From assembly GCA_965203555.1 (NCBI GenBank), contig CBDBCY010000004.1, positions 544,001 to 608,000 of the forward strand: 64,000 nucleotides of DNA, written 5' to 3'. The translations under genes and the position numbers were made by a program. Source of the DNA: Acidimicrobiia bacterium (GTDB lineage Bacteria; Actinomycetota; Acidimicrobiia; Spongiisociales; ZC4RG35). The notes below the pieces were generated by a model. That model saw nothing but the letters and a program-made list of their open reading frames with translations, searched no databases and was not told the DNA's origin. Below, piece by piece: positions 28,099 to 37,589 of the stretch (position 1 is the stretch's first letter; the number at the start of each line of letters is the position of its first letter).

Positions 28099-29463
28099 TC
28101 AGCCACCTCGGGAAGAGCGCAGTTCACGGCCTGTCATCACGTCGGTGGCGGCTATGAACGTCAACAGTTCCCCCTCTCCGCCAAGCCATGCGTAGTCATC
28201 GTCGTAATACTCGATTCCCCCTTCTCGCGATCGGCGCTCCCCCACAGCCATCTGCTTGGGGATGAATTCCTCCAGTGCGACCCGCAACTCTTCGGTGTCC
28301 TCGCTCGTGTCTCCCACGTAGTCCACCACCAGGGCGACATCCGGGCCGTTTGTGAAGATCAGGTAACGATCGCCGCCCCATCCCCAAGCGGCCGGGAAGG
28401 CCGTCTCGGGACCGAGCGCCGAAGAAAGCAGGGTTTCCCATCCCCACTGTCCCCAAATAGCGTCGGACACCTCCCGATATCCCTGCGGAGACGCCACTCT
28501 CGGTTTGGGAAGCAGAACCGGATCCGATTCCCCCGCCCCCAGTGACAGGATGTGCTCAGTCGAAATGGGAGGCGCCCGGTGAGTATCGTTGATCAGGTCC
28601 CATCCGCCCAACTGGAACAACCTCTGCAAATAGTCGAGGGTCGGACCGGCGGCGAACCTTGCGCTTCGCTGAATGAACGAAGGCGCCGACCTCACCGCTG
28701 CGGACAGTCTCCAAGCCTCTTCGGCAACTTCCTGTTGGGCCGCTTCGGTCAATCCCTCCAAGAAGAGCAACTCCACCAGATTCGAGTCGGCCTCCGCCAT
28801 GGCGCCCAGGACGGTTAGGGAATCGCTCGGGCCGGCGCCGGCCAACCGCTCCAGGCGCGTCCAAACGTCCATGTTCAGATCCACCAACGCCTTGGCGATC
28901 TCACCGACCAGTGTCATCTCCTCAAGGGGCGTCGGCGCCTCCAAAGTGGATACCAGCCACAGCTTTTGACTGGCCGCATCGTAGAAGGCGGGCGTGGGAC
29001 GGGACCTGAAGTCGGCGAGAATACCGACCCAATCACTCTCGGCGTCGATCAGGCCCAGCAGACGCAGCAAAGCCTCATCCAACTCGTACAGGCCGGCATC
29101 GTCCTCCACCCGGGAGCGTAGACGCCGCCTCAACTCCTGGGAGGTGATCGCCTCGATCGGCAGCGGATCCGCAAAGGAGAGGCCGCGCAGCATCTGGGTC
29201 TCCTCCACCAACTCCACCAACCTGTCCCGGAAAGTCTCTGGAACAAAGAGCAAGTCCTCCACCGGCGGTGGCGAGGTGGTAGTTGTGGTGGAAATGGTGG
29301 TGGTCGTCTCCGCACTTGCACTGGTGGAGGTCACCTCGCCGGTCGCTTCCACTGCCACCGACGACGGAGGTGACTGAGTCGCCTCATCACCGCAGGAGGC
29401 GAGCAACAGGCTCAATAAGGATAAGGCAACCATCGCCCACTTGACGAGAACGGCTCGTTTCAC
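28099..29463 (-). CDS. Paralogous lipoprotein with degenerate zinc motif
   Basis: LASC lipobox, Thr-rich stalk, RGLSF, STEH, GWGGD; VGEIAKAL replaces VHELVHAL. Confidence 0.75.
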   Translation of the reverse strand: MKRAVLVKWAMVALSLLSLLLASCGDEATQSPPSSVAVEATGEVTSTSASAETTTTISTTTTTSPPPVEDLLFVPETFRDRLVELVEETQMLRGLSFADPLPIEAITSQELRRRLRSRVEDDAGLYELDEALLRLLGLIDAESDWVGILADFRSRPTPAFYDAASQKLWLVSTLEAPTPLEEMTLVGEIAKALVDLNMDVWTRLERLAGAGPSDSLTVLGAMAEADSNLVELLFLEGLTEAAQQEVAEEAWRLSAAVRSAPSFIQRSARFAAGPTLDYLQRLFQLGGWDLINDTHRAPPISTEHILSLGAGESDPVLLPKPRVASPQGYREVSDAIWGQWGWETLLSSALGPETAFPAAWGWGGDRYLIFTNGPDVALVVDYVGDTSEDTEELRVALEEFIPKQMAVGERRSREGGIEYYDDDYAWLGGEGELLTFIAATDVMTGRELRSSRGG

Positions 29464-29632
29464 TTTGTCGGAGGCTACATCATATGGGGCTGTGAAGTTG
29501 GTTACCGTTCCGATGCCTCCCATCGTGTCGCGCCTCCCGGTGCCATCCGCTCCGATCTGCGGAGATAAACGGCGAGCCGGCGAACCCGATTTGCGGCTAG
29601 TCTTATCCCGGTCAGTGATGGCAACCCCACCC

Positions 29633-29723
29633 GGAGGGATCGCATAGTCCGGCCTAGTGCGCGGCACTCGAAATGCCGTAGAGGGTTACCACCCTCTCGT
29701 GGGTTCGAATCCCACTCCCTCCG
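29633..29723 (+). tRNA. tRNA-Ser(CGA)
   Basis: GGAGGGA acceptor, CGGCA-CTCGAAA-TGCCG, long variable arm, GTGGG-TTCGAAT-CCCAC. Confidence 0.95.
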
Positions 29724-29752
29724 CCCGCACAAAACAGCCCGTCGGCGCCCAT

Positions 29753-29837
29753 GGAGGGATGACCGAGCGGCCTAAGGTGACAGTCTTGAAAACTGTTGGG
29801 CATCCGTGCCTCGTGGGTTCGAATCCCACTCCCTCCG
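29753..29837 (+). tRNA. tRNA-Ser(TGA)
   Basis: GGAGGGA acceptor, ACAGT-CTTGAAA-ACTGT, long variable arm; 3' end identical to the neighbouring tRNA-Ser. Confidence 0.95.
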
Positions 29838-29844
29838 CTCTGGC

Positions 29845-30018
29845 TATTTGGCAGTTTTTGCAAATTTGTTGACCATTTAGCCGTCTGCAGGCCGGTTTTG
29901 CCGGACTTTGGAGTTGCAGGCGTTTCGGATCGCTCTGAGGGGGTGTTTTGACCTAGCCTAGCCGATGGCCGTGTAGGGGGTTGGCGAGTGTGAGGGTTTG
30001 CCGTTTCGGGCGCGCTGA
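29845..30018 (+). repeat. Diverged direct repeat, copy A (next to tRNA-Ser 3' end)
   Basis: Aligns by eye with 32720-32883; both copies contain AAATTTGTTG, GTTGCAG and GGGTGTTTTG and end GTTTCGGGCGCGCTGA. Confidence 0.75.
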
Positions 30019-30339
30019 ATCTGACCGCGTGTCTGCTGTCAGTGAAGAGGTCGGGGCGTCTTAGCGGGGCGGCGCTCGGGGTTTGCTTTCCCCGCGGGTG
30101 GGGGTGCTGACCGGTTCGGTTACGGGCGGCTGCTTGTCGTCCTCTTCCAGTGGCTGTGCGCGAAAGGCGTAGCCTTTGGCTCCTCACATGTTGTGAGCCA
30201 CCGCTTGGGCCATGACTTCTTCTAACTTAGGGAGAGGCCACTTCCCGCTGCCCTTACCTGTTCGCTGACTCGCAGACCCGCCACTAGGGGAAAAGCCTTT
30301 GGTATTTCCGTTCGTATCTCTGAGAGTGGTACACAACCC

Positions 30340-30382
30340 ATCGCCTACGACCACTGACCACCCCTTGGAACTAACCGTATAG
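30340..30382 (+). mobile_element. Isolated right end of an IS982-family element
   Basis: ATCGCCTACGACCACTGA (IAYDH*) followed by CCCCTTGGAACTA, matching the end of the element at 31055-32093. Confidence 0.7.
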
Positions 30383-30403
30383 GTGGGACATCACAATAGA
30401 TCA

Positions 30404-30425
30404 TGACTTATAGTATAATAAGTCA
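30404..30425 (+). promoter_or_regulatory. Inverted repeat overlapping a TATAAT -10 element
   Basis: TGACTTAT-AGTATA-ATAAGTCA, upstream of the secreted protein gene. Confidence 0.5.
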
Positions 30426-30539
30426 CGTATAGATCATAAGCTTTTGTGTACACTTGTCCTGTGTCCGGCTGCTTCCAGGGCTAACCGATCAGCGGACAGC
30501 AGTAGGTATCAGCCCCGCCCCCGAAAGGATGTCTCCGCG

Positions 30540-31058
30540 ATGATTAGAAAACACAACCCCGCCGCCGGAATCGTCGGCGTCCTGACCCTCTGCCTGCTGG
30601 TAGGCCTGACCGGCCCCGCCGCCGCCTCGGAGCCCCCCCCCCCCGCAGAGTCGGAGCCGGTCTGCGTGAGCAGCCGCTGGGATACGCGCCTGCAGGCCCG
30701 CGTCAACGCGTACTCTGACGGCTCTGTCAGAGTGGAGGCGGAACCCTGCCGTATCGCCGCCCCCCGGTCAGAGTCAGAGCCGCAACCCGGCCCGCAACCC
30801 GCGCCGCAGGCCGAACCGCAGTCAGAGCCCGTACCCGTACCCGTGGAGGTGGAGCCGCCGGAACCCGAACCCGAACCCGAATCGCAGCCGCAGGTCAGAG
30901 AGCGCAGGGAGTGCTGTCGGACTTTCCCCGCCCGCTTTGTGGACGGGAAGTACTGGCTGGACACCGACAACGACGGGGTGCCGGAACTGCATACTACTTC
31001 CGGCTATCCGAGATGGGACCCCGCGTACGAGCAGTGCTGCGTATCGCTCTGTGACTAG
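30540..31058 (+). CDS. Secreted Pro/Glu-rich, Cys-containing hypothetical protein
   Basis: Signal peptide ending PAAA-S, EPEP repeats, CC pairs, DTDNDG motif; stop codon coincides with the IS end. Confidence 0.6.
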   Translation: MIRKHNPAAGIVGVLTLCLLVGLTGPAAASEPPPPAESEPVCVSSRWDTRLQARVNAYSDGSVRVEAEPCRIAAPRSESEPQPGPQPAPQAEPQSEPVPVPVEVEPPEPEPEPESQPQVRERRECCRTFPARFVDGKYWLDTDNDGVPELHTTSGYPRWDPAYEQCCVSLCD

Positions 31059-32093
31059 ATGAGTAGTTCCAAGGGGTGGGGGGTGGAAATCCGCTGTTGA
31101 CGGGTTGGGGATGTCCAGAATCCGGGGGTGAAACTATTACCGATCCCGGAGGACTGGTATGAACCCGGACCTGGACACCCTTGTCACCTCACTATACGTC
31201 ACTGTTGACGATTTACTAATCGAAAACCCGCATTGGGCTCCCCAGCGCCCGGTGGTGAATATCCCCCCGAAACTGTCCGACGCCGAGTTGATCACTCTGG
31301 CGGTAATCGGGGCACTGCTGCGAATCGAGTCCGAGGCCCGGTTCATCCGCCTGCGCCAAAACGCATCTGCGACCCTGGTTTCCCTATATTCCCACCCGGT
31401 CAGCCTACAACAAGCGACTGCGCCGCAGCATCCGGACGATGCAAAACGTAATGGGCTGTTTGTCCCGGGCCACCCACTCCTGGCACGACGACCTGTGGAT
31501 ACTGGACTCCACCCCGGTCGAATGCGGCCGCAGCCGCCAAACCCAACAACGCTCCGACCCGACAAGGCTGGGCCGAAACGCGGCTACTGCGCCTCCCACT
31601 CGCGATACTTTTGGGGTCTTCCTCTCCACCTGGTAGCCACCCCGTCGGGTCTGCCCATAGCCTGGGCACTCGCTCCCGCCAAAGCAGACCAACCGCGAGA
31701 TCGCCTTGGACATGCTGTCCCGAAGCGGCCTCGCACGGGCAGGGCAGACCATCATCGCCGACAAAGGCTACCGACGGAAAAGTTTCGAGAACATTCTCAA
31801 CCAGGTAGGCATCACCCTTATCCGGCCTGCCACCAAAACAGAAAAGCCCCGGCCCGGACAACGGTACCCTGCGCCCCTTCCGCCAGATCATAGAGTCAAT
31901 CAACAACACCCTCAAGACCCAGCTTTGTCTCGAACGGCACGGAGAACGCACCAAACCCGGGGGCATAGCACGCATCCTGCAACGCCTCCTCGCCTTGGTT
32001 GCCGCCATCTGGCACAACGAAACCACTCAACGTCCAAGACCAACCCGCTCCCTTATCGCATACGACCACTAACCCTTGGAACTACCCATCTAG
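31055..32093 (+). mobile_element. IS982-family insertion sequence with frameshifted transposase
   Basis: Terminal inverted repeats CTAGATGAGTAGTTCCAAGGG / CCCTTGGAACTACCCATCTAG; split transposase with KLSDAELITL, LDSTPV, GYCASHSRYFWG, IADKGY, RQIIES, IAYDH*. Confidence 0.88.
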
Positions 32094-32393
32094 TTCTTCG
32101 GGTAGGCGGGAAAGGATGTTCTCTCTTTCTGAAGCGCTCATCTGGGCCAAGAGCCTCGCGGAAACATGTGCGGGCAGATGAAGGATGTCGTCAATCCGGC
32201 CTTCTGGGGAGAGATTGAAGAACATACCATCCGCCAGAGAGGTCACCCATGCGATCTCCTCGGGAGTGAGTGGGCGGCTGTCTATGTTCTCAAAATCCTC
32301 GCTCGGATCTTCGCAGCGAGCAATGATCTCAGCGTCCTCGCGGAGGGCGGCGATCTCAGCATCTGTCATTCTTGCCAGCATTTCGCCAGCCAT
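32082..32393 (-). CDS. Acidic hypothetical protein, probably truncated by the IS
   Basis: ATG after GAAGGG; the ORF terminates inside the IS right inverted repeat. Confidence 0.45.
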   Translation of the reverse strand: MAGEMLARMTDAEIAALREDAEIIARCEDPSEDFENIDSRPLTPEEIAWVTSLADGMFFNLSPEGRIDDILHLPAHVSARLLAQMSASERENILSRLPEELDG

Positions 32394-32719
32394 TTCCCTT
32401 CAGAACATCTTCGCCCATACTTCACAGCATAAACGGATGCTCAAGTGGGCGGGTCTCGATATCGCAAAACATGGGCGGATGGTGCTGGTCGTGGATGCAT
32501 GGGGCAGGGCAACCTTGTCGGGGGGAATCCCTCAGGCTCGCCCGGGCCTTATGCAAGGGGGCTGTCCTGGCAACACAACCAGACACACGGCCTCAAGTGG
32601 GTGCCCACTTATGGTATTTCAACCGTGGCGACCCCCCCCCCCGATTAAATCGTGGTGCCCCCACGCGACCCGCTGCTTAGCCCCAGGTCAGAGGTGGTCG
32701 CCAACAAGCCGCCTTGGCA

Positions 32720-32883
32720 ATTTGGCCACTTTTTCAAAATTTGTTGGCCAGTTAGCGGGCCAGTTTTGTCCGGGTTTTGGCGTTGCAGACGTTTCAAGCC
32801 ACTCCGACAGGGTGTTTTGGTCCAGCCGACCACTTCTGTTGGGGGTGGCGAGGTGTGAGGGTTCGCTGTTTCGGGCGCGCTGA
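32720..32883 (+). repeat. Diverged direct repeat, copy B
   Basis: Same conserved blocks as 29845-30018. Confidence 0.75.
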
Positions 32884-33118
32884 GGCGGCTCTTCTGATTT
32901 TAGGTTTATTTCCGGTACTTCCACCAGAGGCAAGACCTCTATGGGTTCTTTGAGTACCGATTCAACATCGTAGACGTGATGCCGCCCCTGAGCGCCGACT
33001 GGGTTATGTCAGGCTGATATATTGCAAATGGCGGTATAGGTCGGGTCGCCCGAAATTGCAATTCAGCCCAAGACTCGTCCGTACTGACAAGCTCAAAGGA
33101 GCACCGCAGTGGCCCCGG

Positions 33119-34210
33119 TCACTTCAGAACGGCGCGCTCCCACAGGCGCCAGGCATTCTCGATTCGACCTTGGCGGACTCCGTACAACTTGCTGACCGAT
33201 GCCAGAACCCCGTCGCATGAGTTCGGGATGATGGTGACCAGGTCTCCTATGCGAGGCTGTGCTGATCCTGGCGGGAGTTCTACCACTGCGTGCTCCGTGT
33301 AGAGACGGGTCACTTGAGCCTGCGGATGCTCCAGAATGTGCCCGTAGGTGGACCGGGCGGGATTCTCATTATTGGAAAGGATCCGCCATCCGACGTCGAG
33401 GACCATGCGGGCGGTGTTCGGTCGACTGACCACCGTGCTGACCACCCGCAGCGCACAGTCCTCATAGGTCACCAGTCCGAAGTCGACTTTGGTGGTGTCG
33501 TAGAACGAGTAATTGCCGGGTCGAGCCTCGGTGACGGTGCTCGGTGGGCAATCCGGCCAGGCGCGCATGGCGAACACCGTTCCGCCGACGCTCACCGAAG
33601 GGACATCCACTCCAGCGCGGGCGAGTTGGGACACGGCTTCTGCCAGAAGAGCTTCGCTTCGGTCGATGTCGGGACATTTCGGATTGCCACCCAAGTAAGC
33701 GGCAAGCCCGCCGAACTCCAGGTACGGCGCTCGGGCTACCTTGATGGCGAGTGCGGCAACCAGGCCAGGATCGGTGAACCCGGTGCGGGCGCCGCCGATG
33801 TCACACTCCACGTACACGCAGGCCTTGCTGCCAGAACCGCTCGCAATCCCCGACAGCGCATCGATGCCTTCGTTCGAGTCCGCGGTAATCGCCACGGCAG
33901 CTCGGGCCTGAAGCTCCATGAGGCGGCCCAGTTTCCTGCCGTCCACCAGCGAGTTGGTAAGCATGATGTCCTCAAAACCTGCCGCCACCATGGTCTCCAC
34001 TTCCTGAAGGGTCTGGCAGGCGATTCCCACTGCGCCCGCCGTGGCCTGCAGGCGGCCGAGTTCGGGGATGCGGTGTACCTTGATGTGCGGGCGAAGGGCG
34101 ATCCGGCTCTCCTTCAGCTTGCGGTGCAGGGCGACTGTGTTGGCCTCGACTGCATCGAGCATCACCATGGCGTACGGCGTTGTGAGGGTGTCGAGGGTCG
34201 GACCAGAGAT
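33119..34210 (-). CDS. PLP-dependent fold-type III enzyme (D-threonine aldolase / D-serine dehydratase-like); start uncertain
   Basis: TLTTP, LRPHIKVH (PLP Lys), RTG, RPGNYSFYD, STVVSRP, EH, IPN. Confidence 0.85.
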   Translation of the reverse strand: MSGPTLDTLTTPYAMVMLDAVEANTVALHRKLKESRIALRPHIKVHRIPELGRLQATAGAVGIACQTLQEVETMVAAGFEDIMLTNSLVDGRKLGRLMELQARAAVAITADSNEGIDALSGIASGSGSKACVYVECDIGGARTGFTDPGLVAALAIKVARAPYLEFGGLAAYLGGNPKCPDIDRSEALLAEAVSQLARAGVDVPSVSVGGTVFAMRAWPDCPPSTVTEARPGNYSFYDTTKVDFGLVTYEDCALRVVSTVVSRPNTARMVLDVGWRILSNNENPARSTYGHILEHPQAQVTRLYTEHAVVELPPGSAQPRIGDLVTIIPNSCDGVLASVSKLYGVRQGRIENAWRLWERAVLK

Positions 34211-34218
34211 ACGGGCCT

Positions 34219-34695
34219 CTATCCAGTCTCGTGGGGGTGGTGATGGCCGTTCTGAGGGTCGCAGTCCTCGCAGAACCCCAGGAATGCGAAGTGGTGAGGA
34301 TTGGTTTGGAATCCGTACTTGCTCCGGAGGAAATCGCAAAAGGGAGCAAACTCGTCGTGGGGTATCTCGATGGTCTTGCCGCAGCTTTCACACACCAGGT
34401 GCTCGTGGTCGTGGCTCAACGTGATGTGCCACCTTCCGGACTGACCGTTTCTCAGCGGAATGTGGTGTACCAACCCGATTTCGGACAGATCGTCGAGGAT
34501 GCGATAAACGGTGGATGCTTCTATCCGGCCGGCGCTCTCCAGGACGTGGTCGATGATCATGCGGGCGCTGACAAAGGGCTCATCACTGGCTACCAGGGCG
34601 CGAACCACCGCTCTGCGGGGGAGAGTCAAGCGCAATCCGGCCTCCCGGATTCTCTTGATCACCAAGTCTTCAGTCAAAACCTCTTCATTGCCCAT
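34219..34695 (-). CDS. Fur-family metalloregulator
   Basis: GLRLT..R, STVYRIL, HDHEHLVCESCG, GFCEDC, His-rich tail. Confidence 0.92.
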   Translation of the reverse strand: MGNEEVLTEDLVIKRIREAGLRLTLPRRAVVRALVASDEPFVSARMIIDHVLESAGRIEASTVYRILDDLSEIGLVHHIPLRNGQSGRWHITLSHDHEHLVCESCGKTIEIPHDEFAPFCDFLRSKYGFQTNPHHFAFLGFCEDCDPQNGHHHPHETG

Positions 34696-34852
34696 TGCGC
34701 TTGGCGCATTATAGCAAATGCATATTGCGCCTATTGCAATTTACTGTTATCAGAAAGGTTCTCTGACTTTCTCTCAGCATTGGCAGACCACCGTCGCCCC
34801 GACAATTGGGCTCTGTCCGAGGATCAGTGGGTCTCCGCCTGCGCCCACCCAT

Positions 34853-35968
34853 CTATCGGCGAAAACGCGCCGGATGGACCATCGCCGGATTCACCCCGGC
34901 TTCCATCAGTTCGTCGGGTAACCCGGCACCCGTGACCTGGCTCGCCAGTAGAGCCCCGTATGCGGGGGATGTCCGGATGCCGGTTCCCCCTTGGCCGACC
35001 AGCCAAAAGAAGCCCGGCGCCGTCGGATCCTCGCCGACCACCAACTCCCGGTCCGCAGCGAAAGTGCGCAGACCCGTCCATTCGGAGTTGACCGAGCGTA
35101 TCCCCAGAGTGGTTGCCCGGTTGATCGATTCGACGGCGCGGGCCACGTCTTCGGGTCGTGGCCTCGTGTCCATGGGCGCAGACAACACCTCTTCGGCACA
35201 GGAACAGAGCAGTTGGCGCCCGTCGGGTTTGAAGTAAAAGCGCCGGTCGGCGTCCACCACCATCGGCCAGTGGGCGTACTCGGACCGACCGGTGACCATG
35301 AATACGGTGCGGCGAAACGGCTTGAGGCCGATCGGCGCCACTCCTGCCATCGCTGCCACATGATCTCCCCACGCTCCCGCCGCGTTGATGAGCACCCGGC
35401 ACTCCATACGAACCCCTCCCGCCGTGACAGTCCAACCGCCCGGTGTGCGATCGACAGCGGTGACCGCCGCTGCGGTCCGCGCCTCCACGTCGTGCCGGCG
35501 TGCGATCCGGACAAAGGCCTGGTGGAGGCCCGCCACGTTGAGATCCCGGGCCGTCGGCTCGTAAAGACCTCCCGCCACCCGCTCCGGCCTCATCGCCGGA
35601 ACCATATCCGTCACTTCCCTGCCCGAGAGAAGCTGCAAACCGGTAACCGAGGGATCCGTTCCTCCTCCGACCGTCTCCAGACGGGGCATCTGGCCCTCGT
35701 CCGCCACCCGCATCAACCCTCGATCGGTCAGCAGTGGCGCGTCTGTCGAGCCCGGAGGGGGGTTCTCCAGAAAGCGTCGGCTAGCCCGGGCCAGCGACCG
35801 GGGACCGGGGTCCGGGTAGTGGATACGAAACATCGCCGCCGAGCGTCCGGTGGCGTGATAGCTCAGCACCGACTCCATCTCCAGCAGGACCACCGACCCG
35901 TAAGGACCCAGGTGTGCTGCGGCCGAGACACCGGCGATCCCCCCGCCGATCACAACGAAGTCGATCAC
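34853..35968 (-). CDS. FAD-dependent D-amino-acid dehydrogenase/oxidase family protein (DauA-like)
   Basis: IGGGIAG, HATGRSAA, INAAGAWGD, WTGLRTF, GQGGTGI.TSPA. Confidence 0.9.
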   Translation of the reverse strand: MIDFVVIGGGIAGVSAAAHLGPYGSVVLLEMESVLSYHATGRSAAMFRIHYPDPGPRSLARASRRFLENPPPGSTDAPLLTDRGLMRVADEGQMPRLETVGGGTDPSVTGLQLLSGREVTDMVPAMRPERVAGGLYEPTARDLNVAGLHQAFVRIARRHDVEARTAAAVTAVDRTPGGWTVTAGGVRMECRVLINAAGAWGDHVAAMAGVAPIGLKPFRRTVFMVTGRSEYAHWPMVVDADRRFYFKPDGRQLLCSCAEEVLSAPMDTRPRPEDVARAVESINRATTLGIRSVNSEWTGLRTFAADRELVVGEDPTAPGFFWLVGQGGTGIRTSPAYGALLASQVTGAGLPDELMEAGVNPAMVHPARFRR

Positions 35969-36059
35969 CGGCCACTCTCCCGGGTAATGCCTTCGGTGAG
36001 CCGCTCCGCACTGCGAGATAATGATGGACCCCTCTGCGTCGGGGGGTCGGCCAGGTAGA

Positions 36060-37388
36060 TCACCGGGCCGCCAGTGTCCCCGACGCGATCGCGGCGGTGG
36101 CTCGAAGGAAAGAGTCGACTTCGGCCGCAGTGGTGTAATGACAGGTCGACACCCGTATGACCGGACCACAGCCGAGCGCCTCCAGGACCCGCCCCGAATA
36201 CACGTCCAGGTTCCGAGCCCTCACCGCGATGCCGGCTTGTTGGTACATCTCTGCGGCGGTGTTCGCGTCAACCGCGTCAAAGCTGAGAATCATTATGCAG
36301 ATTCGGTTCCCGATGCCGTCCGAACTTCCGTGGGTGCGCACTCCGGTAATGTGCGCCAGCCCCGGCGTGGCGTCCGTGCCGTGCCGGAACCGATCGAGGA
36401 GGAAGACATCATGCCGGGCGGTAGCCTGCATGGCGATCAGGACTGCTTGGCGGCGCTCGGCCGGATCACCCAACTGCTTACCCAGCCACTCCAGGTAGTC
36501 AACCACCTTGTCCCAGGCTGCATAGGTGGCGTCCTCCATGGAGCCCAACTTCCAGGCATGGGCCGGCGCTGCCTCGAATTTCCAGTGCGGCAGGGTCGCA
36601 AGCCGGTCCGACAGGACACCGAACCCGATGCCTTTGATCCCGAACACTTTGTATGGCGCGAATACGTAGGCGTCGACGCCCAACTGCAGGACATCCACCG
36701 GACGGTGAGCCGCGTACTGGACACCATCGACGATTGTGACCGCGTCGGGGTTCCGGGCCCGCGCACCGGCGGCGATCTCCGCCACATCCACCACCGCCCC
36801 CGTGTCATTGGAGGCGTGGGTGACCACCACCACATCGGTCCGCTCGTCGACCAGAGTCAGCACACTGTCGGCTGATACTCTGCCCGTGTCGGGGTCCAGC
36901 CGGGCTACGCGAACCTGCTTTTGGAACTGACGGCCAAAGAATTGCGCCGCATCGAATGCCGCTGGATGATCCAGTTCAGTGGTGACGATGTTGTCGCCCT
37001 CACCCCCGGCCGTGGCGGCGCCGACGGCGCGGAAGATGGCATGCACCGCGCTCATCGCCGGCATGACCACCCGGTCCCCGGCGTTGAGAAAGTCACGGAC
37101 CGACGCGATGCCGCTCTCTATCGAGGCGCCGGCCCGCAATGATCCCGGGCTGGGACGCCCAATGGCGTCAGGCCATCGGCTCCTCCGCGCCAGGGCGCCA
37201 ACTGCCTCCTTCAGACGCAGAGAACCTGCCGCCGAGTCCAGAAACACACGGCGACCTGACAGAGGATCCCGGTCTGCGTAGTGAAACCGGTCCCGTATCT
37301 GCGCCAGGATCTGCGGATCGAATGGCTTCGGTCTTGTCACTGGACCTCCGGTTTCAGCACGATTGGCGATTGGCGTCGCAGTGTTCAT
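36060..37388 (-). CDS. Class V PLP aminotransferase / cysteine-desulfurase-like protein
   Basis: FLDSAAG, LDH, HASN.TG, DGVQYAAH, APYK (PLP Lys), IRVS..HY. Confidence 0.88.
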   Translation of the reverse strand: MNTATPIANRAETGGPVTRPKPFDPQILAQIRDRFHYADRDPLSGRRVFLDSAAGSLRLKEAVGALARRSRWPDAIGRPSPGSLRAGASIESGIASVRDFLNAGDRVVMPAMSAVHAIFRAVGAATAGGEGDNIVTTELDHPAAFDAAQFFGRQFQKQVRVARLDPDTGRVSADSVLTLVDERTDVVVVTHASNDTGAVVDVAEIAAGARARNPDAVTIVDGVQYAAHRPVDVLQLGVDAYVFAPYKVFGIKGIGFGVLSDRLATLPHWKFEAAPAHAWKLGSMEDATYAAWDKVVDYLEWLGKQLGDPAERRQAVLIAMQATARHDVFLLDRFRHGTDATPGLAHITGVRTHGSSDGIGNRICIMILSFDAVDANTAAEMYQQAGIAVRARNLDVYSGRVLEALGCGPVIRVSTCHYTTAAEVDSFLRATAAIASGTLAAR

Positions 37389-37589
37389 CCTCCCGGCCTG
37401 CGGTGGGCCACGACGCCGACCTTTACCGACAGCAGCGATGGGAATCCCTTCGCGAGCATAAGGTGGAGCGACAGGTCCCGGAAACATCGAATAAAATCAG
37501 CCCGAAAGCCTAAACAACACTACTTGCAACTGTAACCTGACAGAAACAAAGTGACATGCAACAGCAGTCACACGCAAAACGGAGGAAAA

